A stretch of DNA of 26,761 nt from a virus (Duplodnaviria > Caudoviricetes). Where the stretch lies: IMG/VR virus record IMGVR_UViG_3300034410_000053, positions 1 to 26,761 of that record; one strand, written 5' to 3'. A model generated the notes under the pieces. That model did not search any database. It saw only the letters and a program-made list of their open reading frames with translations, and was not told where the DNA came from. The position numbers were made by a program, and so were the translations under genes. Shown one piece after another: positions 25,200 through 26,761 of the stretch. Each line of letters starts with the position of its first letter. Within the stretch, counting starts at the first letter, position 1.

Positions 25200-26183
25200 T
25201 TATCTCTCCAAGACACCTACAACTTCTTGCAGATGTTTGGGTGCTAAGTGTGCGTACCTCATGGTAGTCGTGATGGTCTTATGTCCCATCCATTCCTTAA
25301 CATGAGGTAACGGAACACCACCTTGAACCAGTCGTGAACACGTCGTGTGTCGGAACGTATGCCAAACTACATCATCGAACGCAAGGTGATTCCGCACTCT
25401 TTCCCAAGTTGAACGAGTCCACTCTTTTGTAGTGTGTGGGAATAGGTCTTTGCTAAAAGTTTTCGCCCTAGTTTCAAGGACTTTCCTAGCCCTAGAAGTA
25501 AGAGGCACAAGACGAGGACTGCCATTCTTTGTTCTCCCTATGTACAGGCCCTCAGGGTTGAGGTCCCTTGCTTGAATGTTGCACATTTCTGAGTGTCGCA
25601 TCCCGGTATCGATTGATACCACGGCTGCATCTAGTACATCGTGCTGTCCCCACTGATAGAGGGTATCGAGTATCTGTTTCTCTTCAGCATCAGTGAGCCA
25701 GCGTATACGATTCTGTCCTTCCTTCTGCCGGTGGAAGACTGGCATGTGCTTGAGCTTACCTAACTCATGCGAGTAGCGTAACGTCTTCGACAGTGCAGCT
25801 AATTTGCGGTTGATTGTACCATTGGCTAGGTTCTTACTCTTCATGTCCAAGATGTATTCATCAAGCCTGATGGTGGTGAAGTCATTGATAGGAAACTTGC
25901 TGCCGAACTCACGGATAAGCTGCTTCATGATATAGATCATCTTCTCTTCCGACTTACCACCACGCCAGTACATATTGTAACAGGCATCAAGTGCTTCTCC
26001 GAATGTTTGGTGGTTGTTACTAGACCCCTCTAATATAGGGACAGGCTTGCCATGTTTGATGGCTTGCTTTGCTAGTACCTCCCATGCCGTAGCATCTTCT
26101 TGAGTGGAGAAGTTACGACGGAACCGTTCACCGCTGACCATGAAGTCAACTTGGTACGACTCACCTCTCTTTTTTACTGGCAT
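25200..26183 (-). CDS. int: Tyrosine integrase
   Basis: 327 aa; TGMRHSE (R), TKNG (K), HTFRH (HxxR), MGH and TMRYAH (Y); short N-terminal arm-binding-like domain. Confidence 0.95.
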   Translation of the reverse strand: MPVKKRGESYQVDFMVSGERFRRNFSTQEDATAWEVLAKQAIKHGKPVPILEGSSNNHQTFGEALDACYNMYWRGGKSEEKMIYIMKQLIREFGSKFPINDFTTIRLDEYILDMKSKNLANGTINRKLAALSKTLRYSHELGKLKHMPVFHRQKEGQNRIRWLTDAEEKQILDTLYQWGQHDVLDAAVVSIDTGMRHSEMCNIQARDLNPEGLYIGRTKNGSPRLVPLTSRARKVLETRAKTFSKDLFPHTTKEWTRSTWERVRNHLAFDDVVWHTFRHTTCSRLVQGGVPLPHVKEWMGHKTITTTMRYAHLAPKHLQEVVGVLER

Positions 26184-26514
26184 TTAAATCCTCCAATGTT
26201 TTGATGACACGCTTACCTTTAGGTGTAAGACGTATCAGTTTCTGAGACCGGAACTCCGGGTTCTCAATTGCTTCTACTAAATCGTGGCCGGCTTTATTAT
26301 GTCTGCTCCACTTGGATAGTACCGCTATGTTACGGCTTGCGCTTGCGCTAGTCAGACCTAAGTGTTCGCCCACTTCTTTGACAGATGCCGGTGATCCACC
26401 GTTATCCATCCGTGCTATGTATATAAAAGCAAGCATCGTTTGCGCTTGCATCTCGGAGTCCAGCTTACGGAACTCCTCGATTGTGTTCGTTAGCTTTATT
26501 AAAGTTAGAGACAA
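26161..26514 (-). CDS. MarR-like winged-helix transcriptional regulator (candidate repressor)
   Basis: 117 aa; HTH SVKEVGEHLGLTSASASRNIAVL, wing ENPEFRSQKLIRLTPKGK; TTG start with AGGAGG SD; overlaps the integrase start. Confidence 0.85.
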   Translation of the reverse strand: MSLTLIKLTNTIEEFRKLDSEMQAQTMLAFIYIARMDNGGSPASVKEVGEHLGLTSASASRNIAVLSKWSRHNKAGHDLVEAIENPEFRSQKLIRLTPKGKRVIKTLEDLNASKKER

Positions 26515-26650
26515 TTATAAGTATCCCTCCTATTTGGATGTATATGTCATCCTGTTTTTTATTTACCTCAAAGTATAGTTTTCTTTTAGTCGATACACAA
26601 GCGAAACTTCCTCCCCAGTGTACGGCTATGTCGTAGTTTAGTATTGTCAC
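26465..26650 (-). CDS. Hypothetical protein (61 aa)
   Basis: GTG start with AGGA SD; co-oriented, overlaps the regulator start by 50 nt. Confidence 0.45.
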   Translation of the reverse strand: MTILNYDIAVHWGGSFACVSTKRKLYFEVNKKQDDIYIQIGGILIIVSNFNKANEHNRGVP

Positions 26651-26662
26651 GATAGTTATTTC

Positions 26663-26734
26663 CTAAGTGTTAGTTTCAGATGCGTATGCATTGTGCGTTA
26701 TAACATTCAAGATATCGTAGCTTTTTTGTAGCAT
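26663..26734 (-). CDS. Candidate 23-aa peptide
   Basis: AAGGAGG SD 7 nt before ATG; MLQKSYDILNVITHNAYASETNT. Confidence 0.35.
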   Translation of the reverse strand: MLQKSYDILNVITHNAYASETNT

Positions 26735-26761
26735 TGGTCTTCCTCCTTGTCTCTTGGTGAT

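Noticed and set aside
25011-25305. ORFs 25011-25196 (-), 25076-25267 (+) and 25087-25305 (+)
   Set aside because: They overlap the tRNA/attP and are best explained as spurious translations of the tRNA.
13-26578. Plus-strand ORFs in the track (e.g. 13-327, 5422-5850, 18421-18939, 24145-24501)
   Set aside because: They are antisense shadows of well-supported minus-strand genes and show no recognisable motifs.

Overview
A 26.8 kb segment of a temperate T7-like (Autographiviridae-type) podophage genome, with all supported genes on the minus strand. In transcription order (right to left) it carries: a short early region with a MarR-like winged-helix regulator, a tyrosine integrase and a complete tRNA-Leu(TAA) within a probable attP; a T7-type RNA polymerase encoded as two translationally coupled genes; a replication module (SSB, endonuclease I, primase-helicase, PolA, T5orf172 nuclease, exonuclease); nucleotide metabolism genes (DUF3310, MazG-like, NrdA, ThyX, NrdB); and a T7-like virion module (portal, scaffold, capsid, tail tubes A/B, internal virion proteins, the last truncated at the left edge). 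The most notable signals are the split RNAP, a candidate lysis-lysogeny circuit with GTTAC-N6-GTAAC operators before the RNAP and replication operons, a 17-bp phage promoter present twice, and a terminator plus a long structured leader before the major capsid gene. All family assignments come from motif recognition and gene order, not database searches.
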